Source: a virus. From it: a stretch of 64,000 bases of DNA. Of the stretch, positions 35,362 through 41,925 are shown in pieces. Under the pieces are notes generated by a model, which saw only the letters and a list, made by a program, of their open reading frames with translations, was not told the origin of the DNA and made no database searches. Position 1 is the stretch's first letter; each line of letters opens with the position of its first letter. The DNA lies in the IMG/VR virus record IMGVR_UViG_3300045741_000623, positions 1-64,000 of that record. One strand, 5' to 3'. Position numbers and translations under genes: made by a program.

Positions 35362-36569
35362 TCTCGGTCTTCACGCCAACGCACAATCTGTGCTGGTTGC
35401 ACGAAGCCTACGCCAGCCTGTGCTCGCAAACCCGTGGCGATTGGGAATGGATCATCATTCCGAACGGCGCGGCGCGCGGTTACTTGCGCGGGTTCAACGA
35501 TACCCGGGTGCGCGTCATCAATTGTCCGCCGGAGATTGACGGCAAGATTGGGCCGCTGAAAAAGTTCGCATGCGCCCAGGCGCGCGGCGTGGCGGTGTTG
35601 GAACTGGATCACGATGACATCCTGTTGCCGGAAGCCATTGCCGAGGCGGAGATTGCCTTCGCGGACGAAACCGTTGACTTCGCCTACTCGAATGCGGTGA
35701 ATCACGATTTCCGGGTTGATTACCCGATGACATGGAACGGGACGTATGGTTGGACGCATCGCCCGTTTTCGTGGCAGGGCCGTTGGATGTTGGAGTCGGT
35801 GAACGGCGCTCCGAATCCGGCCAATTTTTCCCGCATCTGGTATGCGCCGAATCATTTTCGCGCGTGGCGCAAGACGTTTTACGACCGAATCGGCGGGCAC
35901 AACGCGGCAATGACTGCCGGCGACGATCACGAATTGGTCTGCCGTAGCTACATCGAGGGTGGCTGCCGGCACATCGACAAGCCGCTCTACATCTACCGGG
36001 TCAACGGAGAAAATTCATGGCTGAAGCATCAAGAGGAAATCCAAAAGGTGCAGTGGCAGAATCACGATACTTACATCGAAGCGATGGTGGCGAAGTGGTG
36101 TCGCGAGAACGGCGGCTTGAAACGCATCGCCATTGGAGAACCGAATCCGACGGATGGCTATGAATTTGAATCGTGGCGACTGCCTTTGCATAAGTCTTGG
36201 CATTTTTCGAATTCAACTCTTGGCGCGATCCGCGCGACCAACGTATTTCAATTCATCGACGATCCAGTCCACGTAATGAACGAAGCTTACCGAGCGTTGG
36301 CGCACGGCGGCTGGATGTTCATCACCGTGCCGTCATCGACTGGACTCGGAGCGCATGACCATCCGCTCAACCGAAGTTTCTGGAACAGCCGATCCTTCCG
36401 TTATTACACGGAGAAGGACATGCAGAAGCTTGTTCCCGGATTGAAATGCCGCTTCCAGAAAGTGAAATGCGACACGGTGCGAACCGCTGAGGGAGTGGAC
36501 TACGTCGTTGCGCATCTGGTGGCGGTCAAGGAAGAGTCCCCGAGGTTTTACGGTGAACTTTTGATCTAA
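35358..36569 (+). CDS. bifunctional-looking GT2 glycosyltransferase with C-terminal methyltransferase-fold-like region
   Basis: 403 aa. N-terminus ISVFTPTHNLCWLHEAYASLCSQTRGDWEWIIIPNG and LELDHDDIL (GT-A DxD). C-terminus LGAIRATNVFQFIDDPVHVMNEAYRALAHGGWMFITVPS resembles the distal half of class I methyltransferases. No clear GxGxG seen. Confidence 0.55.
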   Translation: MISVFTPTHNLCWLHEAYASLCSQTRGDWEWIIIPNGAARGYLRGFNDTRVRVINCPPEIDGKIGPLKKFACAQARGVAVLELDHDDILLPEAIAEAEIAFADETVDFAYSNAVNHDFRVDYPMTWNGTYGWTHRPFSWQGRWMLESVNGAPNPANFSRIWYAPNHFRAWRKTFYDRIGGHNAAMTAGDDHELVCRSYIEGGCRHIDKPLYIYRVNGENSWLKHQEEIQKVQWQNHDTYIEAMVAKWCRENGGLKRIAIGEPNPTDGYEFESWRLPLHKSWHFSNSTLGAIRATNVFQFIDDPVHVMNEAYRALAHGGWMFITVPSSTGLGAHDHPLNRSFWNSRSFRYYTEKDMQKLVPGLKCRFQKVKCDTVRTAEGVDYVVAHLVAVKEESPRFYGELLI

Positions 36570-36589
36570 CAACCAAACCCCATTCGATT

Positions 36590-37567
36590 ATGAAAATCAG
36601 CCATTGGACGGTGGCGAACAATTCGGGCATGAGCAATTTCGCGCGCTCATTAGCTTTGGCGGAAGTCGGTCTCGGACTCGATCCCACGATTCACAACCCA
36701 CAAGACCCGGCTACCTGGGTGTCAGCCGAGGCAAGCGACATTCATGTTGTTCACACGCATTTCCCGGATGCGATGCGCAAACGGGTAAAGCAACCGCTCA
36801 AGCTGGTGTGGGTGGCGCACGGCACGCCGGAGCATGTGTTTCAGACGTCAGTCGAGACGGGTTTACACAGTGGTTACGGAGCTTCGGACAGTTGGATGCT
36901 CCTGCAATACTGGCTGCAACACGCCGATGCGGTCGTCACCTTCTGGCCGCGTCACAAAGAAATCTATCAATCACTCTGCGACAAGGGACGGGAAATAACC
37001 CTCATCCCGCTTGGGGTGGACAAGACAGTCTGGAAACCGGTTGCGTCCCGGGGAAAATTCGCCGGCAATCCATCGGTGTTCACGGCGGAGAACCCGCACT
37101 ACATCAAATGGCCATTGGACCTGCTGATTGCGTGGCCCTGGGTGTGCAGGGAAGTGCCGGAAGCCAAGTTGCATCTGGCGTACATGGTGCGCGATCAGCT
37201 TCGGTGGTTTTCCCCGCTGGCGAACCGGAATGGCGCGGGATTTTCCTCTTACATTTCCGAGATTCGATTAGAGCCGGAAGATTTGCGCAACGCGTTCTGT
37301 TCCGTGGACTACTTCATCGGGCTCGTGCGCTACGGCGATTTCAACCAACTCTCGTTGCAGGCGGCGGCGTGCGGGGCGAAGACAATTTCGTACCGGGGCA
37401 ATCCGTATGCGGATTACTGGGTCAGCGAGGGCGACCAGCGAACGATTGCCCAGGAATTGCAAAGCATTTTCACCCTGAAAAACACGTTTCGAGACGCGCT
37501 GCCAGTGCCCAGCATCCGCGAAACCGCCATTGCGTTCGGCGATCTTTACGAAAAAATTGTTGCATGA
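36590..37567 (+). CDS. GT-B fold (GT4/GT1-like) glycosyltransferase candidate
   Basis: 325 aa. N-terminus MKISHWTVANNSGMSNFARSLALAEVGLG. C-terminal FIGLVRYGDFNQLSLQAAACGAKTISY resembles the E-x-fG-l..lEAmAcG motif region of GT-B enzymes. Confidence 0.5.
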   Translation: MKISHWTVANNSGMSNFARSLALAEVGLGLDPTIHNPQDPATWVSAEASDIHVVHTHFPDAMRKRVKQPLKLVWVAHGTPEHVFQTSVETGLHSGYGASDSWMLLQYWLQHADAVVTFWPRHKEIYQSLCDKGREITLIPLGVDKTVWKPVASRGKFAGNPSVFTAENPHYIKWPLDLLIAWPWVCREVPEAKLHLAYMVRDQLRWFSPLANRNGAGFSSYISEIRLEPEDLRNAFCSVDYFIGLVRYGDFNQLSLQAAACGAKTISYRGNPYADYWVSEGDQRTIAQELQSIFTLKNTFRDALPVPSIRETAIAFGDLYEKIVA

Positions 37568-38010
37568 AAATCATCAATTATGTTGACAGCACGGCGAGGA
37601 TCGGCAAGGGTAGCGTTGTGTGGCACTTTGCCGTCATTTTGAGGAACGTTTTTATTGGCGAGAATTGTTCGATCGGATCGGGGGCGGAGATCGGGGAGCG
37701 GTCTCATATTGGCCAAGGCACCCGGGTTAGCGCGCGCGTGTTTATGCCGCCGCGAAGCATTATTGGCGATCAAGTCTTCATCGGGCCGGGAACAGTTTTC
37801 ACGGATGATTTCAAACCGAAAGCCGGCCATAAATACAAAGGGCATCCGCCGATTGTATGCGATCGCGCGAGCATTGGGGCGGGCTGCGTGATCCTGCCCG
37901 GTGTCGTAATTGGTGTCGGAGCGATGATCGGAGCGGGCAGTGTAGTCACGAAGAACGTGCCGCCACGCGCGTTGATCTACGGAGAACCTGCAACGATAAG
38001 GAATATATGA
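37564..38010 (+). CDS. hexapeptide-repeat (left-handed beta-helix) acyl/acetyltransferase
   Basis: Only the last 148 codons of the 36604-38010 ORF are used, from the ATG at 37564 (ATGA overlap). Imperfect hexapeptide repeats: IGKGSVVWHFAVI, IGENCSIGSGAEIGERSHIGQGTRV, IGAGCVILPGVVIGVGAMIGAGSVV. Confidence 0.75.
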   Translation: MKIINYVDSTARIGKGSVVWHFAVILRNVFIGENCSIGSGAEIGERSHIGQGTRVSARVFMPPRSIIGDQVFIGPGTVFTDDFKPKAGHKYKGHPPIVCDRASIGAGCVILPGVVIGVGAMIGAGSVVTKNVPPRALIYGEPATIRNI

Positions 38011-38972
38011 AAGCAACAGTCATCTACCACAGTGCCGACTTCGACGGCATCTTCTGCCGCGAAATCGCGCGCAAGTTTCTGCCGCCAGACACCATCTTCA
38101 TTGGTTGGAACTTCGGCGATGAACCCCTCCCCATCCCGGACGGCCCAATCTACGTGCTGGACCTGCCGGTGGATCGGGTGTTTAACCGGGTATTCAACAA
38201 CATGGCAGCGAACAATGTCGTTCTTCCGCAATTCACGCGCGAAGAGAATCAGAGATTGATCTGGATCGACCATCACAAATCCTCGATCGAAACGCATCCC
38301 GAATCCATTCCCGGCTACCGCATCGACGGAGTCGCCGCCTGTAGGCTGGCATGGCAGTGGTTCGCATGCGAAGGGCGATTCGACATGGACGCCCCCGCCC
38401 TTGAGCACTACGTTGACCGCAGAGTTTCTGAACCCTGGGCCGTGCGGCTGGCCGGCGAATACGACATCTGGGACAAGCGGGATCCGGATGCCGAACTCTT
38501 CCAACACGGGCTGCGTTCCCGACAACTTGGTCCGGATACTTGGGACATTCTATTATCGGGTCCAACCGAGCAGGTGGGTGACCGGAAAGGGCTGGCGGAA
38601 CTCTACGTAGCAACCCTGCTGGATGCTGGCCAAGCGCTGCAATACGCCCGCACCCAGGAAAACGCCTCCATCATCAAGGAACTTGGCTTCACGTTTCAAT
38701 GGGAAGGGTTGACGTGGCTAGCGTGTAATCACGTCCGCTACAACTCACTGCTCTTCACCGCCGGGATCAAGCCGGAACACGACGCCTGTTTCGGGTTCAA
38801 GTTCACTGGAAACGCCGAGCCTGGGCGACCGAGCAAAGACTGGTCAATCAGCCTTTACCACGCGCCGGGCAAGGAGCATCACGATCTCTCCAACATTGCC
38901 AAGAAATACGGCGGGGGCGGTCACAAAGGCGCGTGCGGTTTTCAAACCGACAAACTACCTTTTTTGTTATGA
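38007..38972 (+). CDS. DHH/DHHA1 family phosphoesterase (NrnA-like size)
   Basis: The ATG at 38007 gives an ATGA overlap; the 37857 start is rejected. Motifs VIYHSADFDGIFC (DxD), YVLDLP, LIWIDHHKSS (DHH), GEYDIWD, and the DHHA1 motif GGGGHKGACGF. Confidence 0.7.
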   Translation: MKATVIYHSADFDGIFCREIARKFLPPDTIFIGWNFGDEPLPIPDGPIYVLDLPVDRVFNRVFNNMAANNVVLPQFTREENQRLIWIDHHKSSIETHPESIPGYRIDGVAACRLAWQWFACEGRFDMDAPALEHYVDRRVSEPWAVRLAGEYDIWDKRDPDAELFQHGLRSRQLGPDTWDILLSGPTEQVGDRKGLAELYVATLLDAGQALQYARTQENASIIKELGFTFQWEGLTWLACNHVRYNSLLFTAGIKPEHDACFGFKFTGNAEPGRPSKDWSISLYHAPGKEHHDLSNIAKKYGGGGHKGACGFQTDKLPFLL

Positions 38973-39202
38973 GCCAATCGACGCCGGTTTGTTCGCTGTT
39001 CTGCTCTAAGTGCAAACGCGAGTCTGCAAAGTCTTTCCGGCATTACGATCGCGGTCATGTGAGAGACTATCTTGATATAGAGGTAGTCGGCGTGACGGCT
39101 GCTGGTGCGGCGAAGTGCCGTTGCCGGAAATGCGGCTACGAATACAAGTCAACCTCTGCGGCGGCAAGACGTGAAGCTCGCCATTTTCTGAAAACCGAAT
39201 GA
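38969..39202 (+). CDS. hypothetical zinc-ribbon protein
   Basis: 77 aa from the ATG at 38969 (ATGA overlap). CSKCK ... CRKCG four-Cys pattern. Confidence 0.5.
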   Translation: MSQSTPVCSLFCSKCKRESAKSFRHYDRGHVRDYLDIEVVGVTAAGAAKCRCRKCGYEYKSTSAAARREARHFLKTE

Positions 39203-39206
39203 TTTT

Positions 39207-39452
39207 ATGAACCCTTTGCCACCTACCAAACCAGTGCCGGAGTTGCAGCAAATTCTTCTGGCAAGCGTCACAACGATAATCCTGATTGGGTTTACGATCT
39301 TTTTTGTGGTTGTTATCAATCGGGCTTGGGACAACGAGCAACTGAACACTGCCGAGATCGTTCGGCTGCGGCAGGAGAATCTGGCGAACGAGCATCTGAT
39401 TAAGAAACTGCTTGCGGAACGAAACGTGACGAATGTCTGGTTGAAGCCATGA
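39207..39452 (+). CDS. small membrane protein (N-terminal TM + coiled-coil-like tail)
   Basis: 81 aa. Hydrophobic ILLASVTTIILIGFTIFFVVVI followed by charged heptad-like EIVRLRQENLANEHLIKKLLAE. The topology resembles i-spanin/holin-antiholin types, but no endolysin is adjacent. Confidence 0.45.
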   Translation: MNPLPPTKPVPELQQILLASVTTIILIGFTIFFVVVINRAWDNEQLNTAEIVRLRQENLANEHLIKKLLAERNVTNVWLKP

Positions 39453-40030
39453 AAACACTGAAGACCATTGCGACGGCTCTGATGATTTTGTTGGTGCCGC
39501 AAAAGCCGTCCCCGGCGGTGAGCCTCCCGTTGGCGGGGTTTTGTTTTGCGGCGGCGGCGGGGGCGACGGTGGGGATCATCTACATCTATTCGCGGTGCGG
39601 GCCCAAGTCGTATTGTGTGCGCACGCTGAACGATCTCGGGCAACCGGAGGGATCGTATTACTGCCTGAGTTTGGGGACGCGGGCGGATGCGGCCAAGCTG
39701 GGGGTTCAGATTGAATCGGGACCGTATAAGAGCCAGCGCATTTGTTTTCCATCGTGCGACACGAATAATTTCCCGGTATTCAACCTGCGCGTGCCGTGGG
39801 AGTCGCCGTCGCCATCGGATTTCATTCCTTCGTTCAACACTGTGCAAGGGACGATGCACGTTCTGCGGTGTCTGGATTTAGGGCGCGGCGAGTGGGAAGA
39901 GGTTGACAGTTTCGAGACGGAGATGCAGGTCAACGACGATGGTTCGCCGGAGTTTTGTTTTGAGCGGATGCTAATCAAACAGCCCCGGATCCAGGCGTTT
40001 TACTGGTTGTTCTTTACGCCGGAATTATGA
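39449..40030 (+). CDS. hypothetical secreted/membrane protein
   Basis: 193 aa. N-terminal hydrophobic MKTLKTIATALMILLV and a second hydrophobic LAGFCFAAAAGATVGIIYIY. ATGA overlap with the upstream gene. Confidence 0.5.
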   Translation: MKTLKTIATALMILLVPQKPSPAVSLPLAGFCFAAAAGATVGIIYIYSRCGPKSYCVRTLNDLGQPEGSYYCLSLGTRADAAKLGVQIESGPYKSQRICFPSCDTNNFPVFNLRVPWESPSPSDFIPSFNTVQGTMHVLRCLDLGRGEWEEVDSFETEMQVNDDGSPEFCFERMLIKQPRIQAFYWLFFTPEL

Positions 40031-40221
40031 CTCCCATTGACTGCAATCGGTGCGGCAAGGCGAAGATGCTCCTGACCGACTCGCCGCGAGATGCCGAGCA
40101 AGTAGCAGACATTCTCCGTTGCCGCGCGAGAGGATGCCGCGAGCATTGGCCTAACAGTAAGGTAAGCTACCACGCCGACAACGCGGGTGGAGCGCACGGA
40201 AAGGATTCAAATGACAAGTGA
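40027..40221 (+). CDS. hypothetical zinc-ribbon protein
   Basis: 64 aa. CNRCG ... CRARGC. ATGA overlap. Confidence 0.45.
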   Translation: MTPIDCNRCGKAKMLLTDSPRDAEQVADILRCRARGCREHWPNSKVSYHADNAGGAHGKDSNDK

Positions 40222-40486
40222 CTCTCAATCGGAAAGCGGGGGCGTGGTTAGCTCGACCGCTTTGTTAGACTGCGAATGGAAAATCGAGCACAGGAACGAC
40301 GGAATCTCCTTCATGGCATTCCCATATAAGGTCCGTGGAAAGACCGAATACGGATGGACGATTGGGCCGATGGATAGACATGTGGCCGAGTGGCTGTTTG
40401 ATGCCGTGAAGCGCAAGCAGTCTAACGGTCAAGCTCACCCACCGCCGGGACAACGCGGGTTGAGCGCAAAGGAGACTCACGAATGA
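40211..40486 (+). CDS. hypothetical protein
   Basis: 91 aa from the ATG at 40211; the alternative ATG is at 40187. ATGA overlap with the downstream gene. No motif recognised. Confidence 0.45.
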   Translation: MTSDSQSESGGVVSSTALLDCEWKIEHRNDGISFMAFPYKVRGKTEYGWTIGPMDRHVAEWLFDAVKRKQSNGQAHPPPGQRGLSAKETHE

Positions 40487-40716
40487 AAACGAAAGCTCGA
40501 ACGGAAAACGCACACGGCGGTTGCGGTGCAGCGCGATTGTTAGCCTGCTCGTCGTGTGGGGAGATGCCGACTATGACGCACTCAATCTACGGGCCGGAGA
40601 AATACGCGGTGTGGTGTGACAGATGCAAAACGGCTGGCCCGCTGAGAGTGTATCGGATGCGGGCTGCGCGTGACTGGAACAAGAGCCAGCAGGCTAACGA
40701 AAAAGCTCAGCCATGA
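40483..40716 (+). CDS. second Lar-family restriction alleviation-like zinc-ribbon protein
   Basis: 77 aa. LACSSCGEMPT...YAVWCDRCKTAGPL...AARDWNKSQ follows the same C-x-x-CG / V-x-C-x-x-C / A...WN layout as the 4931-5173 protein. ATGA-coupled to the Dam-like gene. Confidence 0.5.
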   Translation: MKTKARTENAHGGCGAARLLACSSCGEMPTMTHSIYGPEKYAVWCDRCKTAGPLRVYRMRAARDWNKSQQANEKAQP

Positions 40717-41480
40717 CGCCTCAAGAGACATCCGATTTCACGCTGGACGCGATGGCGTCATTGGCTGCAGTGCCTGGTTCGGCGCACGGTGTGATGGGGA
40801 AAGGCCAAGGACACCCGACGCTGACAAGCAAGAGCGTGGTGTATGGAACGCCGCTGAAATTGTTCCGTGAACTCGACGCTGAATTTCACTTCACGACCGA
40901 CGTGTGCTCAATCCCTGAACTCGCGCTGTGCGAGCACTACTACACCCCCGAAGTGGACGGACTGGCGCAAGAATGGAAAGGCATCTGCTGGATGAATCCG
41001 CCATACGGCAAAGAAATCCGGCGGTGGGTGCAAAAGGCATACGAGGAAAGCCAGCGCGGGGCAACGGTGGTCGGACTCTTGCCTGCCCGAATGGATGCCT
41101 TCTGGTTTCACGATTGGATATACCGAAAGGCTGAACTCCGCTTCCCGAAAGGCAGGTTACACTTTCGCGGTGTCGTGAGCCGAGGCCCGTGGAAGCCTCA
41201 TTCCGCTCCGTTCGCTTGCATGATAGCGGTGTGGACACCACCGAGCGCGAGTGCGCCGAACGTCCCGGATCAGCGACCGGGCGAATCACCCAAGAGGTTG
41301 GTTCGGCGCGTGGACCGCTCGCCCATGAATCCACAGCGCTTTTGCTGCGAACTGGAATGCGGACACGAACAATGGGTCACGTCCAAACGTAAGCCAAAAT
41401 TCACTTTTATGAAGTGCTCAACGTGTCCAGCGCCGCCTAACGTCCCGGATGAGCGACCGCCCGGAAAACCGACAACGTAA
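40713..41480 (+). CDS. phage-type DNA N6-adenine methyltransferase (Dam family) with C-terminal zinc-ribbon extension
   Basis: 255 aa. YGTPLKLFRELDAEFHFTTDVCS...HYYTPEVDGLAQEWKGICWMNPPYGKEIRRWVQKAYEE...VVGLLPARMDAFWFHDWI...LRFPKGRLHF, including the NPPY catalytic motif. The last ~75 aa carry CCELECGH...MKCSTC flanked by repeated PNVPD(Q/E)RP. Confidence 0.8.
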   Translation: MTPQETSDFTLDAMASLAAVPGSAHGVMGKGQGHPTLTSKSVVYGTPLKLFRELDAEFHFTTDVCSIPELALCEHYYTPEVDGLAQEWKGICWMNPPYGKEIRRWVQKAYEESQRGATVVGLLPARMDAFWFHDWIYRKAELRFPKGRLHFRGVVSRGPWKPHSAPFACMIAVWTPPSASAPNVPDQRPGESPKRLVRRVDRSPMNPQRFCCELECGHEQWVTSKRKPKFTFMKCSTCPAPPNVPDERPPGKPTT

Positions 41481-41484
41481 CTCT

Positions 41485-41619
41485 ATGTCAGAAGCAAAAC
41501 TGAAACGCGGGTCGGCGGTTCGCTCCAACCGGATTGTTCTACGGCGACTGATGACGAAAATGCCGGTGTCATTAACCACTGATGCAAAGCCAGTTGAGTC
41601 TGCTCCGAAAAATACTTGA
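41485..41619 (+). CDS. hypothetical micro-protein (44 aa)
   Basis: ATG 5 nt after the Dam stop. Basic sequence MSEAKLKRGSAVRSNRIVLRRLMTK.... Below the ORF-track size cut-off; found by reading the sequence. Confidence 0.3.
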   Translation: MSEAKLKRGSAVRSNRIVLRRLMTKMPVSLTTDAKPVESAPKNT

Positions 41620-41800
41620 AAAAAATACTTGCGCGACTTCCGGTGTCGTGGGATTTGTTTGCGCAGTTAAAAAAAGGTTCAGGGCCGTAGCTGGTCACCA
41701 GACATGAAAACGAACAAAACAAATTTAGATTCCCGGTCTTCCTACTCGACGAAAGTCGGGTACAGCATGTCTGTGCTGTCAGCTACAGGATTGGGCATCG

Positions 41801-41838
41801 TCCCCGTCCCACTTAACCGTGGTGACGGGGGTTCTTTT
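41801..41838 (+). terminator. intrinsic (Rho-independent) terminator candidate
   Basis: GC-rich stem CCCCGTC(41802-41808)/GACGGGG(41824-41830), extended inward by CCAC/GTGG with a 1-nt bulge and a 6-nt loop, followed by GTTCTTTT (41831-41838). It lies at the end of the 26.5-41.6 kb + strand gene chain. Confidence 0.6.
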
Positions 41839-41841
41839 GAA

Positions 41842-41925
41842 GCCGGCTTTGGTGTAACGCTTGCGCACCGCATTCCGGTCGCTCCGGGTGCGGAGGATGA
41901 GGTTCAATTCCTCGGGCTGGCTCCA
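41842..41925 (+). ncRNA. tRNA-like element (acceptor stem, T-arm, CCA end; non-canonical middle), possible tRNA remnant / attP core
   Basis: T-arm TGAGG-TTCAATT-CCTCG (41898-41914) has a canonical GGTTCAATTCC box. The 3' acceptor strand GGCTGGC + T + CCA ends at 41925. The 5' strand GCCGGCT (41842-41848) pairs 7/7 with two G-U pairs. T at position 8. GGTG/CACC gives a D-like stem. No 5-bp/7-nt anticodon arm can be drawn, and the D-loop lacks GG. Confidence 0.35.

Noticed and set aside
36604-37563. The first 320 codons of the 468-aa ORF 36604-38010.
   Set aside because: This part overlaps the GT-B-like gene (36590-37567) out of frame and translates to Arg/Gly/Ala-rich junk. Only the segment from the ATG at 37564 (ATGA overlap) has hexapeptide-repeat sequence.
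39207-40030. Spanin/holin lysis pair (TM + coiled-coil protein followed by a hydrophobic N-terminus protein).
   Set aside because: The second protein has no proper lipobox (LAGFC has Phe before Cys). No endolysin is adjacent. I kept both as generic membrane proteins.
41842-41925. Calling this a functional canonical tRNA gene.
   Set aside because: I could not draw a 5-bp/7-nt anticodon arm in any register, the D-loop lacks the conserved GG, and the length (81 nt + CCA) fits neither class I nor class II tRNAs well. I report it only as tRNA-like.
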